Source: Acidobacteriota bacterium (GTDB lineage: Bacteria > Acidobacteriota > Vicinamibacteria > Vicinamibacterales > JAKQTR01). Taken from it: DNA of 64,000 nt. Below, in pieces: positions 9,647-18,805 of this stretch (position 1 is the first letter of the stretch; each line of letters starts with the position of its first letter). Below the pieces are notes generated by a model, which worked only from the letters and a program-made list of their open reading frames with translations, was not told the DNA's origin and did not search any database. Position numbers and translations under genes: made by a program. Location of the stretch: NCBI GenBank assembly GCA_040752275.1, contig JBFMFH010000121.1:10849-74848 (forward strand), read 5' to 3'.

Positions 9647-11264
9647 GGACGGTCTCCTCTTCTCTGGCCTTCGCGAACGGCTCGCCGCGCAGGTCCGTCG
9701 TCCGATCGCGTTCGCCCTTCATGACGAGCGCGTTGCCGACGAACTCGTGGACGCCGGCCACCTCCACGCCCGGCGACCAGTACTCGAGGAGTGGCGGGAG
9801 GGTGGCCTTGTCAATGGCGCAGATGCAGGCCAGCACGTTGACGCCGTGGCGATCGCGGACGTGGCGCACCGCGTTGGCCCGGGGGAATCCGCCGCGCAGC
9901 CGCATCTCCAGATTCTCGTCCGTGCCCAGCCCCGCCCCGCTGCCACAGCAGAAGGTCTGTTCCCGGATCGTGTTCTCGGGCATCTCGTGGAACGACCGGC
10001 ACACCTGGCGGATGAGGAAGCGCGGCTCTTCGAAGAGGCCCATCGCCCGGGATGGATTGCAGGAATCGTGGAAGGTCACCTTCCAGTGGTCGTTCCGCGA
10101 CGGGTCGAGCCTCAGGCGGTTGTGGCGGATGAGGTCCGCGGTGAATTCGCAGATGTGCACCATCTTCGTCGAGGCCGCGTGTTCGAACCGCGTGCCGGTG
10201 ATGGGCGAGACTGGCACGTCGAGGAAGTCGGCCGGGCCGTTCATCGTGTCCATGTATTGATGGAGCACCCGCCACATGTGGCCGCACTCGGTGCCGATGA
10301 TCCACTTCACACCCAGCCGCTTGGCCTCGGCGTACACCTTGGCGTTCAGCCGCTTGATCATCTCGTGGGACGTGAACAATCCGAAGTTGCCGCCTTCGGA
10401 TGCGAACGCGCTGAACGTGTAGTCGAGGCCGATCTCGTGGAACAGCATCAGGTAGCCGAGCAGCGTGTAGTAGTGCGGCGAGGCGAAGTAGTCGGCCGAG
10501 GGCATCACCACGAGGATCTCGGCGCCCTTGCGGTTGATGGGCGCCTCGACGCGGACGCCGGTGATCTCCTCGAGTTCGTCCACGGCGAAGTCGATGCTGT
10601 CCTTGAAGCCGTGCGGCTGGATGCCGAGGTGGTTGCCGGTCCGGAAGCAGTTGGCCACCGGCTCCATCACCCAGTTGATGTTGCACCCCACCAGGTTCAG
10701 GAGTTCGCGTCCGATCATGGTCACGTCGGCGGTGTCGATGCCGTAGGGGCAGAAGACCGAACAGCGCCGGCACTCGGTGCACTGGTAGAAGTAGTAGAAC
10801 CACTCCTTCAGCACGTCCACGGTCAGGTCACGGGCCCCGACGGCGCGGCCAAACAGCCGTCCAGCAACGGTGAAGTAGCGACGGTAGACGGATCGGAGCA
10901 GTTCAGCCCGCAGCACGGGCATGTTCTTCGGATCCCCCGAGCCGAGGTAGAAGTGGCACTTGTCGGCGCACGCGCCACAGCGAACGCAGATGTCCATGAA
11001 GAGGCGGAACGAGCGGTACCGCTCCAGCCGCTCCTTCATCCCCTTCAGGATGATCTCCTTCCAGTCCGGCGGCAGCTTCCAGTCCTTGTCGAACGGCTGC
11101 CACTCGCGCGGGTTCGGCATGTCGAGATACTGGAGGTTCTTCGGCAGGGCGCTGTAGCAGAACGTGCCCTTCCGGAACTCCACGTGCGGATCGAGCCAGT
11201 TCGCGCCGGCAGGTCGGAAGTCAACCCGGGTCAGCGTATCAGGGCTCGGCGTCTGATCGGCCAT
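9639..11264 (-). CDS. dsrK: DsrK, HdrD-like catalytic Fe-S subunit
   Basis: 541 aa. CVRCGACADKCH and CTECRRCSVFCP motifs, with CCG-type cysteines near the C-terminus (FCCGSGAG). Its stop overlaps the dsrJ start by 8 nt. Confidence 0.9.
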   Translation of the reverse strand: MADQTPSPDTLTRVDFRPAGANWLDPHVEFRKGTFCYSALPKNLQYLDMPNPREWQPFDKDWKLPPDWKEIILKGMKERLERYRSFRLFMDICVRCGACADKCHFYLGSGDPKNMPVLRAELLRSVYRRYFTVAGRLFGRAVGARDLTVDVLKEWFYYFYQCTECRRCSVFCPYGIDTADVTMIGRELLNLVGCNINWVMEPVANCFRTGNHLGIQPHGFKDSIDFAVDELEEITGVRVEAPINRKGAEILVVMPSADYFASPHYYTLLGYLMLFHEIGLDYTFSAFASEGGNFGLFTSHEMIKRLNAKVYAEAKRLGVKWIIGTECGHMWRVLHQYMDTMNGPADFLDVPVSPITGTRFEHAASTKMVHICEFTADLIRHNRLRLDPSRNDHWKVTFHDSCNPSRAMGLFEEPRFLIRQVCRSFHEMPENTIREQTFCCGSGAGLGTDENLEMRLRGGFPRANAVRHVRDRHGVNVLACICAIDKATLPPLLEYWSPGVEVAGVHEFVGNALVMKGERDRTTDLRGEPFAKAREEETVHA

Positions 11265-11268
11265 GAAG

Positions 11269-12318
11269 CTATGCCCTCTCGACGGGAAGGCCGGCGGCCT
11301 TCATCTTGTCGCGGAACTCGTCTTCCCACTCCTCGTAGGTGTGGACTTTCACCGGGGAGTTCCACGGATTCACGTGCCGGCGCATCCGGTTCGTGTTTGC
11401 CAGGTTCCGGGTCGGGCTGAGGAACACACCCGCCATGTGCATCAGCTTGCTGAACGGGAAGTAGGCGATGAGCACACTGAGCAGGAAGAGGTGGACGAGG
11501 AACAGCGGGCCCACGCCCGTGGGGACCACCGGCGAGAAGGTCACCAGTCCCATCGCGAGCTCTTTGGCGGCAACCACGTCCTGGCGGATGAAATACCGCA
11601 TGAGGACGCCCGACACCGCCAGGCCGATGATCAGCCACAGGGCGAAGTAGTCCTGAAAGAGCGACAGGAAGCGGACCTGCGCATCGGCCAGCCGCCGGAC
11701 GAGCAGGTAACCGAGCGCGACGAGCATCGCGACGTCGGTGGCATAGAGCACCGGGGCGCCGACCTGGAAGAACCCGTCGATGGCGGCGACGAGGCCCACG
11801 AAGGCCGGCACCGGCTCGGTGAAGAAGCGCAGGTGGCGCACGAGCACGATGAGAAACGACCAGTGGAACGCCAGGGCGGCGAGCCACAGCCACTTCTCCT
11901 CGCCGTAGATCAACCGGGCCGGGCCGGGCGTCGGATCGGCCGGGCCGTGTCCGTCACCATGCGGGTCTCCGGCGCGTTCGGTCGTCATGGCGGCCCTGGT
12001 GTTGCGGAACAGCGACCGGAAGCACAGGACCTCCAGTGCCATGCGGGCCACCACGCCGAGGCGGGTCCAGGGGTTCTCGAGCCAGCCCGCTTCGATCCAG
12101 CCCAGCGACCGCTGCTGCCCGCAGGTCGTCGGGATGCGAAACGGCACGGGCACCCGCGACCACGCCACCACCTTGATGGCGATGCCGGCCAGGAAGATCA
12201 CGACCGCCAGGCCTGGCACGATCACGGCGAGGATCCACTTCAGGGACGCGACGCCGGCACCTGCCCAAGCGGCCGCGACCAGCAGCAGGACGAGGATGAG
12301 TGAAGCCAACGCGTTCAT
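11269..12318 (-). CDS. dsrM: DsrM, NarI-like diheme cytochrome b membrane subunit
   Basis: 349-aa polytopic membrane protein immediately upstream of dsrK. Nitrate-reductase-gamma-like pattern. Confidence 0.85.
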   Translation of the reverse strand: MNALASLILVLLLVAAAWAGAGVASLKWILAVIVPGLAVVIFLAGIAIKVVAWSRVPVPFRIPTTCGQQRSLGWIEAGWLENPWTRLGVVARMALEVLCFRSLFRNTRAAMTTERAGDPHGDGHGPADPTPGPARLIYGEEKWLWLAALAFHWSFLIVLVRHLRFFTEPVPAFVGLVAAIDGFFQVGAPVLYATDVAMLVALGYLLVRRLADAQVRFLSLFQDYFALWLIIGLAVSGVLMRYFIRQDVVAAKELAMGLVTFSPVVPTGVGPLFLVHLFLLSVLIAYFPFSKLMHMAGVFLSPTRNLANTNRMRRHVNPWNSPVKVHTYEEWEDEFRDKMKAAGLPVERA

Positions 12319-12860
12319 GCTGTGTTGCCTCGAGGGGGCGGCGGCGCCTCGGCGCGACTCAGGGCCCTCGCCCGCACGCGCTCGGGGACGAAAACGCGCC
12401 GGCGCGCCGCGCGCGCGCCGATCTCACGAATCTCGTCGCGGCAGGCGCGGAGCGCTTCGGCCGCGAGAATCGCCAGCTCGTCGATGCGCGATTCGACGAG
12501 GGCGAGTACACCCGGATCGACAGATGACGGGCCCGCGCACGTCGCGCGTTGAACGGCGTCTCTGGCGAGCGGCACGAACGCGACCGCCTCCGCCTGAGTG
12601 AAGTCCTGGACTGCCCGGATTCGCACGACGGCGTCGAGCGCCTTGATGACCCGAGTCCGGTCGAACGCGCCGAACAGTTCCGCGGCCAGCACGTCGAAGG
12701 CCGCGCGGAAGGTCGAGCCGACCGGGTTGCGGAAGGGATCCCGTTCCTCGTGCAGGAAGCGTCCAGTCTGATCCGGATACGTCCGGAGCGTGCACGCCAG
12801 CCACTCCTGGACGAACAGATCGCGCACCTGCCCCGGAACGATCCTGGGCGACATCACCAC
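12315..12860 (-). CDS. Small soluble protein upstream of dsrM; DsrT-like / RsbRD-N-like (tentative, mainly positional)
   Basis: 181 aa whose stop overlaps the dsrM start. The motif DPFRNPVG and the position in front of dsrMKJOP resemble dsrT of sulfate reducers and green sulfur bacteria. No search was run. Confidence 0.45.
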   Translation of the reverse strand: MVMSPRIVPGQVRDLFVQEWLACTLRTYPDQTGRFLHEERDPFRNPVGSTFRAAFDVLAAELFGAFDRTRVIKALDAVVRIRAVQDFTQAEAVAFVPLARDAVQRATCAGPSSVDPGVLALVESRIDELAILAAEALRACRDEIREIGARAARRRVFVPERVRARALSRAEAPPPPRGNTA

Positions 12861-12906
12861 ACCTCGCGTGGTCGCGTCACCGGCAGCGTCTTGGCCACCG
12901 CTGTCC

Positions 12907-13251
12907 CTACACGCACCCGGTCGGCTTCGGCAGTCCCGCGAGCTTGCAGGCCCCCTTGGCCGGTCCCGACGGGAAGAGGGCGTAGATCTCGTTGAGCTTG
13001 AACCCGGTCTCCTTGCACAACTTCCGGATCATCGGGGCGATGCCGAACTGGAGGTAGTAGTTGCGAAGGTAGTTGATGACCTTCCAGTGATCCTCCGTCA
13101 GCTCGGCGACCCCCTCGGTCGTCGCGAAGTCCTGGGCGACCTGTTCGTTCCAGATCTCGGGGTTCTCGAGGAACCCGTCCTCGTCGACGTTGTAGCTGTT
13201 ACCGTTGAGTTCGATGGTTGGCACGGTCCTGTTTCCTTTCGTCAGTGGCAT
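12907..13251 (-). CDS. dsrC: DsrC
   Basis: Internal start MPLTKGNR at 13251. The C-terminus ...GACKLAGLPKPTGCV has both conserved cysteines of bona fide DsrC. Confidence 0.93.
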   Translation of the reverse strand: MPLTKGNRTVPTIELNGNSYNVDEDGFLENPEIWNEQVAQDFATTEGVAELTEDHWKVINYLRNYYLQFGIAPMIRKLCKETGFKLNEIYALFPSGPAKGACKLAGLPKPTGCV

Positions 13252-13265
13252 GGCCCCAGGGGGCG

Positions 13266-14927
13266 CTACACCAGTTCGATATATCCGCAGGGACACTCCT
13301 CGGCGCACTTCTTGCAACCGTTGCACAGCTCGAGTTTGATCTTGTAGTGCTCGCCCTTGGGCAGCTTCACGAAGCAGCTGTTCGTGCAGTACATCCAGCA
13401 GGTCTCGCAGTCCATGCACAGGCCGCACGACATGCAGCGTTTGGCCTCGTCCAACGCGTCCGCCTCGCCGAGGCCGCGTTCGATTTCCGTCTCCGGCTCC
13501 CGCTCGACGACCGGCACGTGCGCGCGTTCGTGCCGCTGGCTCTCCTTGTACCAGCCGAGCTTCATCTTGTCGTTGAGCACCGTGGGCGGCACGCTCGGCA
13601 GTTCGAGAGGCGTCCCCCGCAGGTGCGCGTGGATGGCCTCGGCCGCAAACCGGCCTTGCCCGATGGCAATGGTCACCAGCCCGAGTCCCACATCGTCGCC
13701 GCCAGCGAACACGTCAGCGATGGGGGTCTTGCCCCAGCGGTCCGCCTTGATCCAGCCCTTGCCCTCATGGAGGTCTGGGAGGGGATCGAAGTCCGGCTCC
13801 TGGCTGATGGCAGCGATGATCGTGGTCGCCTGCAGGTCGTACTCGGAGCCCGCCCGAGGCACCGGGCGCGGCCGGCCCGACTTGTCGGGCTCACCGAGGT
13901 CCATGCGGATGCAGCGCATCCCGACGGCGAACCCGTCCTTGACGAGAATTTCGACTGGCGCGGCCAGGAACTCAATCTGGATGCCTTCCTCGATGGCGCC
14001 TTCGATTTCCGGCTTGATCGCCGGCATCTCCGCTCGTGTCCGCCGGTAGAGGATGGTGACCTCGGCGCCGAGGCGCTTGCTGACGCGCGCCGCGTCGATG
14101 GCGGTGTCGCCGCCGCCGACCACGATGACGCGCTCGCCGACCGGCACCACTTCGCCGCTGTTCACGCGGTTGAGAAACTGGGTGCCGGTGAAGACGTTGG
14201 GCGCATCCTCGCCGGGCACGCCGAGCCTCAGGCCCTTGTGCGCGCCGATCCCCACGAACACGGCCCTGTAACGTTCGCGCAGCGTGTCGAATCCGATGTC
14301 GCGCCCGACAACGGTGTTGCACTGCAGGTCGACGCCCAGGTCGACGATGCGCCGGATCTCGGCGTCGAGAACGGCCGCGGGCAGGCGGTAGCGCGGGATG
14401 CCGTAGCGGAGCATGCCGCCCGGCTTGGCGAAGGCCTCGAACACGGTGACCGGGTAGCCGCGGCGTGCCAGTTGGTACGCGCACGAGAGACCGGCCGGCC
14501 CCGCCCCAACGATCGCCACCGGCTCGTCGTACCGTGTGTCGGACAGCGGCGTGAGCGTGAGCTGGCGCTCGATGCCGAAGTCGCCGACGAACCGTTCGAG
14601 GGCATTGATGGCCACCGCGCCCTCCTTGGCGCCGCGGTTGCAGCCGTCCTCGCAGGGATGCGGACAGACGCGGCCGCAGACAGCGGGAAAGGGATTGCGA
14701 TCGGTGATGATCTCCCAGGCGAGGGTGTAGGCCTGCTCAGGTGTCCGTCCGTAGGCCTCGGCCTGAGCGATAGTGGTGATCCAGCCGCGGACATCGGTGC
14801 CGCCCGGGCAGGTGCCCATGCACGGCGCGGTCTTGGGCACGTAGCGCGGCCTCAGGGGACTGATCTCTCCGCCGGCCTGGCCCCCTGCCTTGATGACCGG
14901 CTTCTTGACCTCCTTGAACAACGGCAT
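13266..14927 (-). CDS. dsrL: DsrL-like NAD(P)H oxidoreductase (GltD-like with C-terminal ferredoxin domain)
   Basis: N-terminal Fe-S cysteines (CMGTCPGG, CGRVCPHPCEDGC). Two Rossmann motifs (IVGAGPAGLSCAY, VIVVGGGDTAIDAA). C-terminal 2x[4Fe-4S] (CMSCGLCMDCETC, CNGCKKCAEECP). Lies inside the dsr operon. Confidence 0.75.
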   Translation of the reverse strand: MPLFKEVKKPVIKAGGQAGGEISPLRPRYVPKTAPCMGTCPGGTDVRGWITTIAQAEAYGRTPEQAYTLAWEIITDRNPFPAVCGRVCPHPCEDGCNRGAKEGAVAINALERFVGDFGIERQLTLTPLSDTRYDEPVAIVGAGPAGLSCAYQLARRGYPVTVFEAFAKPGGMLRYGIPRYRLPAAVLDAEIRRIVDLGVDLQCNTVVGRDIGFDTLRERYRAVFVGIGAHKGLRLGVPGEDAPNVFTGTQFLNRVNSGEVVPVGERVIVVGGGDTAIDAARVSKRLGAEVTILYRRTRAEMPAIKPEIEGAIEEGIQIEFLAAPVEILVKDGFAVGMRCIRMDLGEPDKSGRPRPVPRAGSEYDLQATTIIAAISQEPDFDPLPDLHEGKGWIKADRWGKTPIADVFAGGDDVGLGLVTIAIGQGRFAAEAIHAHLRGTPLELPSVPPTVLNDKMKLGWYKESQRHERAHVPVVEREPETEIERGLGEADALDEAKRCMSCGLCMDCETCWMYCTNSCFVKLPKGEHYKIKLELCNGCKKCAEECPCGYIELV

Positions 14928-14994
14928 GGCTCAACACCCTCCGGTGCGGAACGCTCTCAGGCGTACGGGTAGATGTCCGGCTGGCGGCCCCGTC

Positions 14995-15240
14995 CTACTC
15001 GGGGGCGGCGCCCTCCTTGTGAGGCAGCGTGATGTAGCTGCCGCCGAAGTAGCTGTAGACGCAGCGGCCAGAGTCCATCAGGATGCGGATCGCGGCCTTG
15101 CAGTCGTCCTTGGTGCACTCGTCGCCGTACTTGGCGATCATGGCCTTCGTGAGATCACCGGCCTTGAGGTTCTTCTTGCCCATGGTCTCGGAGACCATCT
15201 GGAACATGTCTTCGGCCAGCGCTTCGACGGTGACCGGCAT
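14995..15240 (-). CDS. dsrD: DsrD
   Basis: 81 aa, MPVTVEALAEDMFQMVSETMGKKNLKAGDLTKAM...CVYSYFGGSYITLP. Small winged-helix DsrD pattern directly downstream of dsrB. Confidence 0.85.
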   Translation of the reverse strand: MPVTVEALAEDMFQMVSETMGKKNLKAGDLTKAMIAKYGDECTKDDCKAAIRILMDSGRCVYSYFGGSYITLPHKEGAAPE

Positions 15241-15300
15241 GGCGTCCTCCTGACCGTCCCGGGCGGGCGAGCCCCAGAAAGGGGCCCACCCGTCGAAGGA

Positions 15301-16383
15301 CTAGAAGCGGATGTGCGTGGAACGCGCGTAGGTCGTCCCCGCGAACTTGAAGTCATCCAGGTGATAGCGTGTGAACGGGATGCCGGCCAGCTTGAAGAAC
15401 CGCGGCCACCCGATTCGTTCGATCCACTCGCCCATGCGCTCGTACTTCCGTGCGTTCGCCGCGTAGACGTCGACGAGCTTGACGACCGCCTCGACCACTT
15501 CCGGCCAGCGGGGCGGGTTGTTCGGAATGAAGGGGATCGCCAGTTTCGAGAACTTCGGCGCGGTGCGGGCATTGCTGACCTTGCCGCCCACCCAGATCGA
15601 GATACCGTCGTTCTCGGGGTCGTTGAGCGGCATGGACGGGCAGACGGTGTAGCAGTTCCCGCAGAACATGCACTGTTCTTCCACGACTTCGACCGATGCC
15701 TTCTCGTGGACGGTGGCCGGGCGGATGGCCCCGGTCGGGCATGACGCGATCAGGGTCGGGATCTCGCAGGTCTTCGGCAGCGTCTCGTGGTTGATCTTCG
15801 GCAGCCGGCGATGGATGCCGAGGATGGCGATGTCCGAGCAGTGCACGGCCCCGCACATGTTGAGGCAGCAGGCCAGCGCGATGCGCAGCTTCGCCGGGAG
15901 GTTCTCGTGGGTGAAGCGCTCCACGATCGCGTCCATCACCGATTTGACGATGCCCGACGCATCGGTCGCCGACGAGTGGCAGTGGACCCAACCCTGGGTG
16001 TGCACGATGTTGCTGACGGCGTTGTTGGTGCCGCCCACCGGGAAGCCCTGCGCGGCCAGGTCCTTCTTCAGCGGCTCGACGTTCTTCTCGTCGGTGAGCA
16101 GGAACTCGATGTTGTTGCGGCTCGTGAAGCGCAGGTGGCCGCCGCAGTACTTGTCCGCCAGGTCGGCGAACATCCGAAGGGTCTGCACGCTCAGGAGTCG
16201 GGGCGAGCCCGCCCGCACGGTGTACAGCCTGTCGCCCGACGCGGCAACGTGACAGAGCACGCCGGGCGCCACCTTTTCGTGGTACGTCCACTGCCCGTAG
16301 TTCTTCTTGATGACGGGCGGCAGGAACTTCTCGTAGTGCGGGGGGCCGATATCCGTAATCCGCTTGACCGGTGCTGTCGCCAT
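15301..16383 (-). CDS. dsrB: Dissimilatory sulfite reductase beta subunit
   Basis: 360 aa. [32 protein letters not shown]..., a ferredoxin insert and siroheme/Fe-S cysteines. Confidence 0.93.
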   Translation of the reverse strand: MATAPVKRITDIGPPHYEKFLPPVIKKNYGQWTYHEKVAPGVLCHVAASGDRLYTVRAGSPRLLSVQTLRMFADLADKYCGGHLRFTSRNNIEFLLTDEKNVEPLKKDLAAQGFPVGGTNNAVSNIVHTQGWVHCHSSATDASGIVKSVMDAIVERFTHENLPAKLRIALACCLNMCGAVHCSDIAILGIHRRLPKINHETLPKTCEIPTLIASCPTGAIRPATVHEKASVEVVEEQCMFCGNCYTVCPSMPLNDPENDGISIWVGGKVSNARTAPKFSKLAIPFIPNNPPRWPEVVEAVVKLVDVYAANARKYERMGEWIERIGWPRFFKLAGIPFTRYHLDDFKFAGTTYARSTHIRF

Positions 16384-16414
16384 TGTCTGTTCTCCTCGCA
16401 GGTCTGTGGGCCCG

Positions 16415-17605
16415 CTACTGCCCGTCCCCTTCCTTCTGGAAGAAGATGTACGGGTTGTCCCTTGGCGCGCTCACCATTTCCGGTTCTGGATCGAGCCCGA
16501 TGGCGTCCAGGAAGTTCGCCAGACCGACGCGCTGCATCAGCTCGCCGACGCGCTCGCGGTTCTTGCCGTACTCGTCCCAGAACTCCCACACGCGCGAGAT
16601 CAGTTCCTTCAGGGTGTCCATCAGCTCCTCGGCGGGCACGAAGGGCACCAGCACCGATGACAGCAGCGCCCCCTGGACGATCGGCGCCTTGGCGCCGATG
16701 AGGATCGTCGCACCGCGCTGTGTCCCGGGCCTGAGGGCCTTGGGCATCACGTTGATGCAGTGCATGCACCGCACGCACTCGCCGTTGGCAATGGTCAGCT
16801 TGGCGCCGTCCCACGACATGCAGCGGGTCGGGCACCGGTCGCACACGTCCTTCTGGATGTTCAGTCCGGCGGCCACATACTGCGCGACGGCCACGTCGTC
16901 CTGCTGGATGTCGTCCTTCCAGGTCCCGATCACGGACAGGTCGGCTCTGGCGATCGATGCCACGCAGTCGTTGGGGCAGCCCGCGCACTTGATCTTGAAC
17001 TTGTACGGGAACGGCGGCCGGTGCAGCTCGTCCTGGTACTGGTGGGTCAAGTCGTTGCAGAGCTTCAGCGTGTCGTAGCACGCCCACTCGCATCGCGCCT
17101 GGCCGACGCAGGCCGAAGGCGTCCGCATGCACGATCCCGATCCCCCGAGGTCGAAGCCGGCCTCGGTCAGCTCCTTGAAGGTCGGTTCGAGCTCATCGGT
17201 CTTCGTGCCGAGGAAGATGATGTCCCCCGTCGACCCGTGCATGTTCGTCAGGCCCGATCCGTGACGTTCCCAGATGTCGCACAGCGTCCGGATCGCATCG
17301 CTCGTGTAGAACCACCCCGACGGTTGGTTGACGCGCATCGTGTGGAAGTGGGCGACGTTGGGGAACTTCTCCGGCAGGTCGCTGTACCGCCCGATGACCC
17401 CGCCGCCGTAGCCGAGCACGCCGACGATGCCGCCGTGCTTCCAGTGCCCGATCTTCTCCGCGTAGGACTGCTCGAGCTGCCCCAGGAGATCGGTGCAGAC
17501 CGGGCTCTTCTCCTCCGCCCGCTTGATCTCCCGGACGAAGCTCGGCCACGGGCCGCGTTCGAGCTCGTCGAGCAGCGGTGTCTTGATTCTCTCGTCCGCC
17601 ATCAT
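16415..17605 (-). CDS. dsrA: Dissimilatory sulfite reductase alpha subunit
   Basis: 396 aa. [39 protein letters not shown] and [25 protein letters not shown] lies upstream of the start. Confidence 0.93.
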   Translation of the reverse strand: MMADERIKTPLLDELERGPWPSFVREIKRAEEKSPVCTDLLGQLEQSYAEKIGHWKHGGIVGVLGYGGGVIGRYSDLPEKFPNVAHFHTMRVNQPSGWFYTSDAIRTLCDIWERHGSGLTNMHGSTGDIIFLGTKTDELEPTFKELTEAGFDLGGSGSCMRTPSACVGQARCEWACYDTLKLCNDLTHQYQDELHRPPFPYKFKIKCAGCPNDCVASIARADLSVIGTWKDDIQQDDVAVAQYVAAGLNIQKDVCDRCPTRCMSWDGAKLTIANGECVRCMHCINVMPKALRPGTQRGATILIGAKAPIVQGALLSSVLVPFVPAEELMDTLKELISRVWEFWDEYGKNRERVGELMQRVGLANFLDAIGLDPEPEMVSAPRDNPYIFFQKEGDGQ

Positions 17606-17693
17606 GTCCTCCTATCGACGGGGTAGGTCGCGCCGCCCCGCGAGCGTGCCGCGCCTGAACCAGCCCCGGCCTTGACGGGCCGGTTTCCTACAG

Positions 17694-18788
17694 TCACGTC
17701 CTGCCTGCCGCCGCCATGGCCACCGTCCGGTAGGCCAGGTGGGCGAACTTGGTATAGGGGGCACCGACAAAGAGGGCAAAGATCAACACCAGGTGCACGT
17801 AATACACCACGTACATCCAGGGGACCGCCTCGGCCAGGCGGAGGAACTGAATGACCATGCCGCTCACGAGCACGCCGGCCAGCGTCCACGCGAAGAACCA
17901 GTCGAAGGGGGTGCTGGCCGCCCGCTTCACCGGATCGCGCAGCCGATCCCCCAGCAGGAGCATCACGCCGGCGATTGCCGCCGCGCCACTCGCGTTGGCG
18001 AGGATCTTCAGGGGATTGGTTTGGGCCAGCGGCGTTTCGAGCAGGCCCGCCATCGTCAAGACGCCCACGACGGTCCCGACGGCAGCGAGGCCCAGAAATC
18101 CCCAGAGTGTCGCCAGGTGCCCGTAGAACCGCGTGCGTTCGGTACCGCACTGCCCGAAGCGCCGGTGGGTCAGAATCGCGGCCACGGCCGGGATCAGCCC
18201 GGCGATCAGAGGCCCGTCCGCCCCCGATGCGCGCAGCGCCCTGGTGAATCGGACCAGACCGCCGGCAAAGGCGATGAGGAGCAGACCGGACAGGGCGAAG
18301 AAGAACGCCTCGAGCACCGGCAACGGGAACATGTCCGCGAACTCGAAGCGGGGTTCGGCGGTGCCCTGCATCAACGGCCCGGACAGGCTCAGCAGCCCGA
18401 AGGCCACGGCACCGGCCAGGAACAGCACGGCGAGACCGGCCGGCCGCGAGAGCAGCGAGCCGAGGACGCCTGGAATGGCGAAGTGCTTGATCGCTTCGCT
18501 GCGCAGCGCACCGAAGACGTCGCCAGGCCGCGCGCCCCTCGGACAGCGAGTCGTACAATCCCCGCAGTTGTGGCACAGCCAGATGGCGGGATCGCCCATC
18601 AGCTGCCCCTTGAGGCCCCACTGAGCCCGGATCATCTGCCGGCGCGGAAACGGCGCATGGTCCGGCGACAGAGTGCACACGACGGAACAGGTGGCACACT
18701 GATAGCACTTCTTGAGATCTCCGCCTCCGCCGTTCACGACGCTCCTGATGAATCGAACGTCTGGCTGGAGGAGCACGGCGTCGGACAT
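17694..18788 (-). CDS. qmoC: QmoC (HdrC-like Fe-S domain fused to a NarI-like membrane domain)
   Basis: Real start MSDAVLLQPDVRF at 18788 within track ORF 17694..19430. CYQCATCSVVC and CHNCGDCTTRCP motifs followed by six TM helices. Confidence 0.85.
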   Translation of the reverse strand: MSDAVLLQPDVRFIRSVVNGGGGDLKKCYQCATCSVVCTLSPDHAPFPRRQMIRAQWGLKGQLMGDPAIWLCHNCGDCTTRCPRGARPGDVFGALRSEAIKHFAIPGVLGSLLSRPAGLAVLFLAGAVAFGLLSLSGPLMQGTAEPRFEFADMFPLPVLEAFFFALSGLLLIAFAGGLVRFTRALRASGADGPLIAGLIPAVAAILTHRRFGQCGTERTRFYGHLATLWGFLGLAAVGTVVGVLTMAGLLETPLAQTNPLKILANASGAAAIAGVMLLLGDRLRDPVKRAASTPFDWFFAWTLAGVLVSGMVIQFLRLAEAVPWMYVVYYVHLVLIFALFVGAPYTKFAHLAYRTVAMAAAGRT

Positions 18789-18805
18789 GGCGAAACGCTC
18801 CCGCG

